Positions 46,544-59,707 are shown, counted from the stretch's first letter. The stretch: 64,000 bases of DNA from Octopus vulgaris (GCA_951406725.2 OX597818.1:7316001-7380000); one strand, 5' to 3'. Made by a program: numbers and translations. The notes: generated by a model from the sequence alone, not told the origin.

Positions 46544-46619
<76 letters not shown>

Positions 46620-46622
<3 letters not shown>

Positions 46623-46800
46623 CTGGAAGGTTTACGAAAATAAACAAAAGACGAAGGCAGGTGGAGTAGAAACAAGCAAATGTATTAGTATGGTGCTCAG
46701 GAATAGAAATAGAACAAGTCTTTTACGTTTCGAGCCTACGCTCTTCGACAGAAAGATACACAGAAAAGAAACAAGGAGAGAAACAAGGAGAGAAAAAAAA
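46620..46800 (-). mobile_element. Family E fragment with minimal hammerhead-like motif (46720-46755)
   Basis: rc cttt-CTGTCGA-A-GAGC gtag GCTC-GAAA-CG-TA-aaag: perfect 4-bp stems I and II; flanked by (TA)n. Confidence 0.62.
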
Positions 46801-47075
46801 TGCGTATATATATATAATTATTATTTGAGGGAATAAAATCCAAACTTACAAGGAAAAAGAATTCAATTTAGAAATACTAAATCAAATTCCACACAATATA
46901 ATATACATATAAAATATTAGAAAAAAAACACCTTTTATCAATTCAAAATGAATAATTAAATTACACCATCTAGAAAATTACATATAATAGAAAAGTTAAA
47001 ATTAGAATAACAATTAAAAGGTAAAGATTAAGTAAATTACAAAAATAATATAATGTATATAATAGGTAGAAAAAA

Positions 47076-47159
47076 GACACGTGTTTCGCTGCTATATTTA
47101 AGAAATGGTTATAGTAGTAGAGAAATCACTTGCATATAAATATAGTCGCTCATCAGGTT
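47076..47159 (-). ncRNA. Type-I hammerhead ribozyme motif (Penelope-type, palindromic stem III)
   Basis: rc CTGATGA-gc..ctatattta...taaatatag..gc-GAAA-CACGTG-TC. Canonical core; stem I is weak. Lies in an AT-rich fragment at about 46815-47195 between (TA)n runs. Confidence 0.7.
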
Positions 47160-47193
47160 AAAAATACAATAGAACAATTAATTAATAAATATA

Positions 47194-47240
<47 letters not shown>

Positions 47241-47242
<2 letters not shown>

Positions 47243-48441
47243 GCGGTTGGACAAAATAATAGAAACACCTAACATCATAGCATCATAATTTTGAAATATC
47301 TATAAAACCGTCAAAATGTTTTTTGATTTATTATCAGTGTTGCTTAATGTTTTGCTATAACTGATGTTTCTTTTCAGATATCATCAGAAAAAGGTAATTC
47401 GAATGTATTAAAATGACAGAACGATCGGGCTTACAAAGAGATCAAATTGTTAGTGCTCGTATCAAGAAGTACTGTCTAAAAAGTAATGACAGCCTTTGAG
47501 AAAGAGGGAAATACCTCCTCGTCGACACAAAAGTCCTGAAGAAAACTAAAACTTTCAGATAGGGACCGTCGGATGCTTACGTGAATTGTTAGAAAGGGTA
47601 CAAAAGTATAGCTCCCAAAATTACTGCAGAGCTTAATGACCACCTCGAGAATCCAGTTTCCACAAAAACTGTTCGTCGGGGACTGCACAAAGCCGGGTTT
47701 CCCAGGAGGGCCGCAATAAAAAAAACGACTACTTTCAAAAACAAATATTGCAAAGCGTTTAGAGTGGAGTAGAAATCTACAGAATTGGTCTCTAGAGCAG
47801 TGGAAGAATGTTATTTTCTAGGACGAGTCATCCTTTACCTTATTTCAGACCACAAGCCGAGTATACGTGTGGAGACAGCCAAAAGAAGCATTTGACCCAG
47901 ACTGCATTCTTCCAACTGTTAAACATGGAGGAGGATCTGTGTGATTTGGAGTCGCTATATCTTGGAAATCCGCCGGCCCAATGGCTTCCCTTCATAGCAG
48001 AATTAATAATCAAGACTATTTAAGCATTTTATCTGATCAAATTCTTCCTATGATTGCGGAACTGTATCCGGAGGGAAACGCAATTTTTGAGGATGATTTT
48101 GCACCAATTCACATAGCTAAAGTTACTACTGAATGGCAAGAGGAACATTCTAGTGAAGCTGAACATATTATCTGGCTACCAGTCTCCAGACCTCAATTTT
48201 ATTGAACGTGCATTTTAGAAAAACAAGTAAGGAGTTGATATCCTCCCCCATCATCACTACCAGAACTTTAGACCGTTTTAGATGAAGAAAGGCAAATATT
48301 CCTTTGGAAACAATTCAAACTTTGTACGAGTCCATACCGAATAGAATTCGAGCTGTAGTTACTGCCAAAGGCGGCCCTAATCGATATTAAAATGAATTAG
48401 CTTGAAATTTTTAGGTGTTTCCATTATTTTTTCCAACCCAA

Positions 48442-48442
<1 letters not shown>
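47241..48442 (+). mobile_element. Tc1-like element with 32-bp TIRs
   Basis: Left cagcggttggacaaaataatagaaacacctaa versus right rc cttgggttggaaaaaataatggaaacacctaa; (TA)n on both sides. Confidence 0.92.
47413..48390 (+). pseudogene. Tc1 (DD34E-type) transposase pseudogene
   Basis: QRDQIVSAR, WKNVIF*DESSF, TVKHGGGSV, IFEDDFAPIH, W..SPDLN.IE, KGGP.RY*. Stops, frameshifts and an N-terminal deletion. Confidence 0.9.
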
Positions 48443-48486
<44 letters not shown>

Positions 48487-48567
48487 TGTATATATATATA
48501 TATATGTAAGTGTGTGTGTGTGTGTGTGTGTGTGTGTATTACGTTTATATATACGTTTTGCAATTAA

Positions 48568-49114
48568 GAGTCAGGGTACAATATGCAGCTTTTTGTTAGA
48601 AAGAAGTGTTAAAACTCTCCAAATCCGCACATCTCTCAGTATCTGTGAACGCGCACATAGAGTGTAGCAAAGATATCAAAAAACAGTCCCCCCCACTTGT
48701 AAAACCACAAAGAAAAGGCTAGATATCCCAGTATAAATTGATTCAACTTTCTGTGCCGAATGGCACTTATATCATCAATTAGTCTTACTATGTAAACTTT
48801 TTAAATCATATATTTACCATCCCTCGCGCGGAGCCTTCAGCTGAACAGACTCTCACGGAATTGTAAATATATTTTTAAAATAGTTTACGTAGTAAGCATA
48901 GCTGATAATCTTTACATGTCATTTAGCTCAGAAAGTAAAATTAATTGATACATGGATATCTACTCTTCTCTTTGTGGTTTTACAAATGGGGAGGACTGCG
49001 TTTTAGTATATTTGCTACATACTCCGTGCATGTTTACATATGGTAAGGGATGCGTGGCTTTGGAGAGTTTTAACTCTTCTTTCTAGCAAACAGATGCATA
49101 TTGCACACTCACTT
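48568..49114. mobile_element. Fully palindromic foldback element (MITE-like) flanked by TTAA
   Basis: The left half is the imperfect reverse complement of the right half along its whole length. Centre ttcag|ctgaa at 48840/48841; TTAA at 48564-48567 and 49115-49118. Confidence 0.85.
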
Positions 49115-49194
49115 TTAATATATATTTTGCCTATTTGGTTATGTTTGCCGTCCACTTTATCATCAATTTTTTTTACTGTTAATGATAACTTATT

Positions 49195-49295
49195 TGAATC
49201 GACCTCAGCAGAATTCGAGCTTAAAACCCTACGGCAGACGAAACACTGTTAAGCATTTCGCTCGGAATGCTAACGATTCTGCCAGCTCGCCAGCT
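49195..49295 (-). mobile_element. SINE family C, head
   Basis: rc ggcgagctggcagaatcgttagcattccgagcgaaatgcttaacagtgtttcgtctgccg...gaggtcga. Confidence 0.85.
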
Positions 49296-49309
49296 TTATA
49301 GTATATTAA

Positions 49310-50015
49310 TATAATATAATGTAATAAATGCGAATATCCATGTGTCACACTTTTTCAACTTTACTCCTAGAGGCCGTAGCCCAACATATCATACCATTTT
49401 GGAATAAGGCTGACCCCGTGAGTAAATTAAAAACATTCCGGGCCGAATCCGTACCTGCAATCCTGAAATTTTGGATTCTTATATTTTTATTACTGCGACT
49501 GTTTTCGGCGATACTTTTACATGACTTTTTTTGCTACGAATATGGTCATCATTGGGATAAAACTATGGAGGAAGCAATTGCAACAAATTCTCCAAAACAA
49601 GTCAGAGATCTGTTTGAAGATCTTCCCATTCGGGGCCGGTTGCTTAAATGTATATCTTAGCTTCAAAGCGAGTATATAGTGAAAAATTTAAGCGAGTATA
49701 TACAGAATATTTCACGGCCGTTCTGGAACACATCACCAATGATATTTCTAGGATCTTAGAGCACAGAGCTTTCACTGAATTTGAAATCCCACCTAATGCA
49801 ATTTATTGTAATCACATTTACATCACGAGTAAAGATATTTCAACACGTTACAAGTTTGAATAAAAAATGACAGCAAGTAACGTGTTGAATGAATGAAACA
49901 CTTCATTTGTAGGAATAATCTACCACATAATTCATTGCGGAAGATATAAGATACGATTAATAGTCTAATTGATTTCAATGTTTTACTAATATAGAAGCGG
50001 GGCATGCAAGCTTAC
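49310..50015 (+). mobile_element. Non-autonomous Helitron carrying a RepHel coding fragment
   Basis: HHWDKTMEEAIATNSPKQVRDLF (about 49545-49620) matches the Helitron motif HWxxTLxEAxxxxSPxQLRxLF. The 5' region (aaatgcgaatatccatgtgtcac) and 3' region (gaagcggggc..agct) are Helitron-like but degenerate. Confidence 0.55.
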
Positions 50016-50084
<69 letters not shown>

Positions 50085-50310
50085 CATATACACAGCATAA
50101 ATATATATATATGCATACGTACAATATATATATACACATGTACGTAGTTGTGCATGAGTGAGTTAGTGAGGGTGTGTGTGTATCAATGATATATACGTTG
50201 GTTATTTTACCTGAATTTGTTGGAGCCAATGTTCACACGATGCTCAGGTGTCTTTGTCTAATTGCGGCTAGTCGAAGTCGCTGAAGAAGATAGTTGGTAC
50301 ATCTGACTCA

Positions 50311-50355
<45 letters not shown>

Positions 50356-51499
50356 GAGAGAAAGAGAGAGAGGGAGAGAGAGAGAGGGAGGGAGAGAACA
50401 AGTGGTGCGGCATGACCGACCATTAATGATGGTTGAAATATCTAGCCTGAGAATCGCAACATCTGACTCGTGTTATTGTGTAAGAGCTTTGCCACCTCCA
50501 TCGGTGTGTGATCCCGGAATCTCTCTGTTTTTGTTGTGTAAGGGGCCGAAACACGTACACAGCTGCTTCACCGGCTGATGACACATCAGTTACTGTATTT
50601 TGAGACTCAGTACTGCAGCGTCGTCAGCACACAAGTATACGTACACGCATACATATCTACCAACCAGCATGCATAGATACATACTTTATACATTGTACAC
50701 ACACATATATAAATATATATACACATATATGCACACTCATACACACACACTCATACACACATTGCACTTATATACACCGAATAATAAAGAATTTAACCCC
50801 TACTTTACACCAACAGACAACGAAAATTGAATATCATTAAGAAAAAAAAATTAAATGAAAAGTATCACTAAATCACAAAGTAAAACCAATAAATAAAAAC
50901 AGCGAACAATTCAGTCATATTCTATTGTGAATACAGTGCTTAAATTAAACGTTTGCATTAAAAAGTTTCAAGGTTTGAAAATGAACGCACATCAGTTAAA
51001 TTCAAATCCGTTTTCGCATAATGGTCTACGTTAATCTGGCATTAAGATGCACGCTCTTTATTTTATGAGCGAGAAAAACGGAAATGGTAATCAATCATGC
51101 ACGTTAAAAATAAAGCGATTTTAAATTAATAAAAACAACCTTAAAACACCCTCACAAATATTAAATACAACCGAATATCAATAAATATAACTGGAACAAT
51201 ATAAATCAATGTCAATGTGACCTAGTTAACATTTTGTACTTTAATAATTTTTAGTTTTACTGACAATTTGGTTTTAGGTTGCGAAGAATTTTTTCAGTAA
51301 ATATATTTGTTTCTTTTATTTTATTTAGGCTTATTTTGTGCTTATTTTAGTATTTATTTCGTTCATGTGCCATTGTTGTTTTAATATAGGACTTGCTTCA
51401 ACTTAGAGCTGTAAAGAAAAGAATTCCTTTGTATCACGTAGAATTGCGTCGTCTGTTAATTACTTTCAATTGGACTGTTGGGAATAAGTGGTACACATA

Positions 51500-51800
51500 A
51501 TACATGATGACAATTATAATGATGATTTTGATATGGAGGAAGATTGATGGCCCACAGTGAAGATGATGTTGATAGTGATATGATAATGATTGATGATGAC
51601 TGATAATGATGATGGTAGTGAGAGTGATGATTATGATGATAAGGTGGATAGTGAATTTAATGATGATAGTAAGGATGCTGATGATGTTACGATGACAATA
51701 TGGATGATCACAATATAAATGTTGATGAGGATAGAATGATGATTGATTGTGATTGTGATTTTCATTGTCATGACAGTAATGATGAAGATAGAATGAGAAA
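51500..51800. repeat. Degenerate (GAT)n low-complexity tract
   Basis: Directly visible. Confidence 0.85.
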
Positions 51801-53109
51801 GAAGACGGGGACAGAGGTGACAGTTATATCAAACACATGAATAGATATACATTATGATACTGCATACTTTTTTTTGTTTAGTAAGGAACACTCAAATCTA
51901 GTTGTTTCACGATAGAACTATCTATGATAGCCTCCAGCTCATAATATATACATTAGAGATAGTGGGTTATAAACCTGATAGCGGTGCAGCACAGATCAAT
52001 AGTTGACTTTCGACAATGTTAACCATTTCCCTTCACCAGCGGTCCTTTGTCTACATCCTTCGATCTATCTTTTAGAAGAATCTACTTCACATGAGTGTAC
52101 TGCAATTTTGGCCATGCCCCTCAGCGGCAGTCCTTATATTCCGCATTCAGTCAACTAATATATATTTCCACCTACACGAGAATCATTGCCTGTTTTCATC
52201 TAATCGCATATAATCATTCGCTGCTGAAATGTTTCACCTACTGCAAGTACACTCTACATAGAAGGCTCTATATGTTGTGACTATTAATACGCAAACAAGC
52301 AGCGGGGTCGTGGCAACTACTGAGATTTCTGTCTGGTCTTTGAGAATGGATTGTCGCCGATTATGAAACCTGTTTTCCAGCTGATGTTTTCATTAATCAA
52401 GTGTAGTGCCTAATCAAGAGAAGCCAGTTTGTATATCGACCTTATTTATTTATTTATTTTGAAGAGTATTATGGTAGACCTATACAAGGTCGAGGGGAAT
52501 ATTAAAACAGTCAGGTTAGATAAAGAGTGACGGTTTACGCGAAATCGCATGAGGAATAAATAATAATAAAATTAAACAGTTACAAATAAAGTTATTTCTA
52601 ACACAGGCTCAATTTATCGATAAAGAACTTGACTGGTTTCTTTATTTATCCCCCTTTAAGGAAAGAATAGCATAATTACACGGTGGTGTATTTAATATTT
52701 TTCTGTTAGGTGTACCCTACACTTCCGGATAGTTTCTGCCTCACTAAAATACACTAAATTTCGTTACAAACCATTTTCCCTTCATTTTAGCGAAATATAT
52801 TTTAGCGGAATATAGACATTACATAAAGGCGCAATTTTCTAGATTTCCCCTATGTAAATTCTCCCTTCTTTGTATCTCCTCTCCACTTCAGTAAGTATTA
52901 GCTTTTCTCTTTTTAATATTTTCCAAATTCTCAATATTTGCATTTTTGAGTCAGTAAATTTGGAGCATTTATTTCTTCCTTGTTGCAGACTATCTCGTCT
53001 TTTATAATGATATTCAGTCAGTTGCCTTTTACAACTTATATGTACCTTTAGAAGCGAATGACATATAATATTGTCTATCGTATTGTCTGGGAGATTATTA
53101 AACAGATTT

Positions 53110-54050
53110 TATCTAGTATCTATTTGCTAATATTGCACCCCACACACTTTTAGTAGGTTTGATAAGGCTCCAGCTGGAATCATGGATGAAATTAATATTG
53201 AAGTGTTTCAGAGATATGAACGGTCTCCATAGCCAGAGATTTTCTATTCTATCATCTTTGCTTAGTTTCTTGGTTAGATTATTTCTGAACGTCGGTTCAG
53301 TAAATATCATTTGGGAAGAAATCAGTATCATATACATTGAATCATTCAATGCTTCCCTTCATATATTCATTCTTATTGCTTTGTATGATTTTCGATCCCA
53401 TGAAGTTTCGGAATGCACATTTGCATAAATAAATGAACTTATTTGTTAAAGTTATTTAAACAATGATATAATAATTGCAAATACATACACACGAAACAAC
53501 TAGTGTCGTATTGACAGCGTTCAGCTATTGAAAAAATATATATATAAACTCCGCTCAGTTACAAAATTTGGTGGGAATATATTTTTAAGGTGCGTAAATC
53601 AGTAACTTCCAGAATTAGAGAGAAGTTTATACTCAGCTGATACATTGTTTACTATTCGAAAATACAGCAAAAAATAACAATGAAAGGCATAAAAAAGTTC
53701 ACCACTTCTCAAATGCATCGAGGTTTGCAAAAAAGGAACATAGCAATGTTAGGTTCTAAGTTATTACTCTTGACCTTATTACTGGATTGCATCACCTATT
53801 TCACACACCAAACGAAAATCTTAAGTGCTCTAGCTGCTACTCAAATTATTGAAGATGTATTATAAACTTTGTCGTTAAGCGGGTGTCAGTTACAATTTCT
53901 AAATTTTGGGCCAACAAAGAAATGTTTAAAGGGCACATGAAATATCACAACCTAGCCCTAGCGGAAGTAGGTTTTAGCGAACAAATTAAATACATACCAA
54001 ATAACGATTCGGTTAAGGACAATGTGGTTAAATATATGACATATTATGAA
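53110..54050. mobile_element. Degraded Penelope-like element RT with an internal inversion
   Basis: Minus 53110-53290: PFISLKHFNINF..SWSLIKPTKS, resembling AFITLKDHKxNF..CRLINPxKS. Plus strand: YIESFNASL (FDIxSFYPSI), LDLITG..FHTPNE..SNY (DLxTG.PYxKPN..SNHP), ISKF.ANKEMF..HNLALAEVGFSEQIKY. Confidence 0.65.
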
Positions 54051-55178
54051 TCTGATAACTGCCATAATGATAGAAGTAAATACTTCAGAAATAGTAGTGA
54101 AGTATTTAATAGGAAATTTAATCATAACACGAGTGGAATTCTTGAGTCAATTGACGCAGAAACGCTATCAACTAACAGAAAGATAAGCTAAATAAATATA
54201 ACAGCTTGCTCAATAACACTAGTTCGAGTCAATTTTCTGAATTACTTGAATTATTGAAAATTTCCTTTCCTTGTACCCCCTTTCCATTTATTTGATAATC
54301 ACAAGATAAGCATTTTATTTTTGTATTACTATTTTCATATATATTTCCCATTTTTTGTTTTCATTTTGCTTTGGATTTGCTTGATTTTAGTTAGGTTTTA
54401 TCTTCTTCACATAGCAGTTGCGTGATATGCTCTACTGCACTGTTTAAGAAACATATCTTAACCTTCCTATTGCAGCTGTACCAATGATACCGAGTGCTAT
54501 AAATTTAAGATACATGTAGTCTTACTCCTACTTTTCATTTATCTGCTATAGTTTATTTACTTATTTATGAAACTGATTATTAGTTCTAACTATTTCTGTG
54601 AACTGTTTGGTAATAATATCAATTCATGATAACTTAGTAGATAGATGTTGATACTTCAAGCTCAAGATAATTTTTGGTTTGCTCATTTCCCCCTCTACGA
54701 TAGGTTCCAAAAATATGGTCCAAAACGCGAAAAGCCAGTCACTCTCTTAAAATAGTTTCCAAAATTGCAGTAGCAAACTCCACACGCCTACCACCGGAAC
54801 ATAAAGAGGTTGTGGGTTGTCAAAATTTGTTTTTACTGGATATTAATATTATTCACTCGTGGTAAGAGAGAACAATAGCTTAATGCTGATGGCTACAAAC
54901 AGGCGATCTAATTCTGTACAAATGTTATACTGACCAATTTCCAACCTGTTTCTTTTCTATTCTTCATTTTCTATGACCGTTGAGTTGTTTCGACTCTGAA
55001 AGAGATATCATTGCAAGGGTTTATCTCAAAATATTTTCAGTCAATCAATCCATCGATTTATAAAATTGAAATCCCGTACATGAATACCTGAAACAGCTCT
55101 AAGCTTATCGTAGGTAAATGCATATAACCCATTATTTCTGTCTATTTAGATATATATATGCACACACACTAACACGCA

Positions 55179-55250
<72 letters not shown>

Positions 55251-55311
55251 CATACATATATGCATGCGTTCATATGTATATATATATAGATATATATTTA
55301 TATATATACAA

Positions 55312-55362
<51 letters not shown>

Positions 55363-55364
55363 CA

Positions 55365-56623
55365 CAGGGTCATCCAATAAATAATGCAGTTTTTTATACT
55401 TCTTTAATTTTTTAAATTAAGATAAGCAAAGTTCTTTTTAATCTAGAATATACTCTCCCTCATTTTCTACAATACTCTTCCATCTATCCGGTATATTTGG
55501 AAGCCGCCTCTTCCAAAGTTCACTTGGTCGTGACGAAAAATAGTCCTCCATACTGATCTGACCTCATCTAGAGAATTTATAAGTTTTCTGTCCAAATGAT
55601 TTTGAAGACTGCGGAATAAATGATAATCAGATGGGGTAATGCTCGGCGAATCCCCGTTAAAACTGCTCCAACCTTTGGAATGTCATCCTCGCTGTATGTT
55701 GCCAAGTATTATCCTGATGGAAGAACAACTTTGGTATTGAAACCAAAGATGGTCGTTTTCCTTCTAGCGCTCACTAAACCGCTCAGGCTGCTCGCAGTAG
55801 ATCGCCTTTATCATCGTTTGGTTTGGGTTTCAATGTTCAAAGTGGACTAAACCTTTCATATCCAACCAAACAGATAACAACACCTTATGTCAGTGAAGAC
55901 CTTTTTTTATCGTGGGGTGCTATTGTTTCTCCTTTCACTACTCACTGTCTTCGGTGCTTGACACTTTTAAAGAGAAACTATTTCATGTTACCAGTCATTA
56001 TTCGATCCAAAAACGGTCCATTCGTAATACATAACAGTAAAGAAGAGCACACATTCACCCACTGCGCGCGATTAAACTCGGGAAGTTTGTGATGATCCTA
56101 CTAACCTAATTTGCTGACTTTTCCGGTGGTACACAGGTATCGATGAATGGTTGAATGACCAAATCTAAGCTTCTCTGCTAGTTCCTCAACGGTTACGATG
56201 GGATTTTTTTCCATCAGGCCTTGCAGGACGTTGAGCTCTACAGATCTACCAGGACGAGGCTCGTCTTCTAAGCTGTTGTTTCCAGCTCGGAATTTCTGGA
56301 ACCACCGTTAACACTGGCTTACGCTTATTGTCGGATCCCCTTATACTACATTAATATTCCTCGCACTTTCCGTTGCGTTGTTGCTTTTATTGAACTCATA
56401 AAGCAAAATATGCTGAAAATACTCGTTTGCCACTTACATTATAGCTTCGAAAAAATAACTGTTAAAATCGAACTGCACTCTTCAAAACTTGCACTATGAA
56501 TAAGGTAAAGATCAAATTACTACCTGCTCCTACAGCAAGTTGATGCAGGTAGTTTATCCTGCCCCCACTCGAACTTTTGGTTCATGCAATTGAAAAAATC
56601 GCATTATTTACGGGATCACCCAA
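55365..56623 (-). mobile_element. mariner element with TIRs; transposase pseudogene at 56439-55438
   Basis: TIRs cagggtcatccaataaataatgcagtttttt / rc ttgggtgatcccgtaaataatgcgatttttt. Motifs HILLYEFNK..ARNIN, PRPGRS, IMTGNMK, FHQDN..H, SPSITPSDYHLFRSLQNHL (D34D type), EGEYILD*. Confidence 0.9.
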
Positions 56624-56634
56624 TATATATGTAT

Positions 56635-56679
<45 letters not shown>

Positions 56680-56684
56680 CCTAC

Positions 56685-56737
<53 letters not shown>

Positions 56738-56747
56738 CACACATACC

Positions 56748-56789
<42 letters not shown>

Positions 56790-56811
56790 CATATACATAT
56801 ACACACATACC

Positions 56812-56866
<55 letters not shown>

Positions 56867-59519
56867 GCATATTTGTGAGTATCTATTTGTATGTATGTAA
56901 ATATTCATTGGCAGAATATAAAATAAGTAATGCAAATACGAATTCTGAAGGGCCTTAAATTATCTTTCCATCAGATGCTAACCGAAACCATAATTAGGTG
57001 AACATACTGAATTCGTTAAAGGAACAAATGCGTCCAGTTAGGACTTCATAAATTACTTGCGTTCGTTCAGAGAGTATTTTTATTATTACTTTTCCCTTTG
57101 TTAATAAACGCTATGCTTCTATTATAGGGAAAATTATTATCACCGCATTCTACTTAAATACTTCTAGATGGATGAAGATAATGACATTTCTGTATGGTTG
57201 AAGATTCGGAAAATAAGGCTGAAATTATTCCAGACGATTTCCTTTTAATCATTTCACACCGGAATCTAGTAATTCTCATATACGCTGAACTTTACATAGC
57301 GTTGAATCTCTATACACTAGCTTTTAACTGATTATTCCACCAAAGACGAAAACATTTCTCAGTTTAGTTTCAAGTATTCAGTTAATCTAAATATTTTGAT
57401 TAACATCACATGCATACAGGTCAGCATGCCTAATGTGATTTATAATCTTCAATGAATTTCAAAAATGTTGATCTGTCAGTTTGAGAATTAAGCAAGAAGA
57501 ATGTTTCGGAAATAACAATTTCTGAATTAAAATCAGGTTCCAAGCGCAAAATACGATATGTTATGGGGATTTTTCTATCCTGTATTACTGCTCTTTTGCG
57601 TTCAACTAATATTGCGCACGAATATAGAATAGTGATTTATGAATATATAATAGTATTTAAATGTATTTTATTTAGAATTATTTACAAATACAAACTTACA
57701 TAATGGATAAATTGTAACTATTTGTACTTGCAGTTTTCCTAGATAAGCTGCATAATATTATGAGCGCTGGAATATCCAAATTACCAACTTTTCCAAAGTA
57801 AGTCTGTCACCGAGATTCCATGGCTATCCCAACAACGACTTGTCAAAGTATATTTGGATTCTCTGTAGCAAAATTTTTAAAAGATATTTGTCGATCGTCT
57901 CACTATCGTCTAACCAAAGCATCATACGTCTGATTTACCTATTCAAATATATCTCATTAGCGCGTTTCGTTACATCTCGTTTTCAGATAATTGAGTGGAG
58001 TCCTGACATATCTGTGTTCGTGATATTTGCAAGACAATCTCCTGGATTGCGACCTGTCAAGAAGTTACAAGTGGGTAACTTTCAATAGTCGGCTTACATT
58101 TATCATCCAAAAATATTGCAACCTCAGGAATTTTTATATCAGGTGGTGCGCAAATATGCATGGGAGACTTAAAATAATTTTGAGCTATATTTTAGTGTAA
58201 AAAGAGGTAAATCTCACTTTTTTCCCTTACTTTGTAGGGACTTTTAAACTACATAACCATACATGAACTGGACTTTCATTCATGTCGCTTTTGCGCTTGT
58301 ATAAGATGAAAATGTCTATAATGCATATACATTTGATATATATTTATATATATATATATATGTGTGTGCGTTCGCGCGTTCGCGCGTAAAGTACACAGAA
58401 AGCTTGTCTGGGGATTAGTTGCGATCACTTTACATGCGTCCAGTTAATAAACTTATAATTAACTGCGCTCAGCAAATGCATAATTTTAAAAGTACATGTA
58501 TATTTATTTGCTCCTTATCCATATACAAGCTCACTATTCTTTTATTCAATAAGCACTGTAACGAGTTAGAAGTTAATCAATATCAATTGTTACTGTTGTT
58601 CATCGGTTATTTCTTAATTGTCTGAGTCCTTGCATCTATTTCTCCCTCCTTCCCCCTCTCTCTCACACACACACTCAAATAATACTCTCTCTCACTCTCT
58701 CACTCGCTAGCTCTCTTTATCTCTCACCTTTATGCTTATAAAATGAAATAAATCTATAAAACTAAATAAAATTAATCGTGTTATTCTTCATACCCCAGAC
58801 AAATCACACGAACTTGTGGATCCGATTCCCGACTGCACGGTGAAATATAACTCTCAAGAAGGCACAGCATTTCTCATTCACATGTGAATTGCAGTCCAGG
58901 CTTTCCCAGATATCTTTTTCTGTATATTGTGTCTCAGCCTACACGCAAACGCTTAGGAATGTAAAACAATTAGTGGAAAAGCAGTTGAAATTATTGGATT
59001 TACATATATGTTTGTGCATGAACAAAGTAATATCTTTCACAACAAAATACCAAACACGTTTCAATTCTGGAGGTAGAGAAGATTAACAACCAGCATCAGC
59101 ACTACGACAACCCTTACAGAAGACATCACCACGACTGTTACAACCACGGTGAATAAGTCGTGCTAGCTGCTGCTTCTACCACTAATACCACTACATGCTG
59201 TCACTTTAATTACCCGGCCTTACTACTGCTGTTCAATGACAACCAGCAGCAATTGCATGGAAGCGAAATACAGCACCATGTGATCCTTATAAGTAAAACA
59301 TGAAGACTTCCAGAATTAATTATTAATTATGAAGAATTAATGTAACTTAATTTATTCTAATTTAATTTAATCTAATTTATTTTTCATTTTATTTCAGCAG
59401 GAATAGATCGTCTTCTTAAAGTGACCGAGGCAATTAGTTAAGCTAAAATTATAACTAGTCTGTCTGTTGTCAATGTTAAGCATCACTAAATATTTTGTTC
59501 TTGTTATTTACTGAATATT

Positions 59520-59672
59520 CAAGGCGTAGCTGTGTGGCAAGAAGCTGCTTCCCAACCACATGGTCGGGGTTCAGTCCCACAGCGTGGCAACTTGAGCAGC
59601 TGTCTTCTACTATAGCCTCGGGCTGACCAAAGGCTTGTGCGTGGATTTAATAGATAGAAACTGAAAGAAGCT

Positions 59673-59707
<35 letters not shown>

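Noticed and set aside
50540-50590. ccGAAAcacGTA...CTGATGA as a type-II hammerhead
   Set aside because: Stems I and II are not complementary.
57800-57850. TEIPWLS resembling the hAT/Charlie RWLS motif
   Set aside because: A single short motif with no supporting neighbours.
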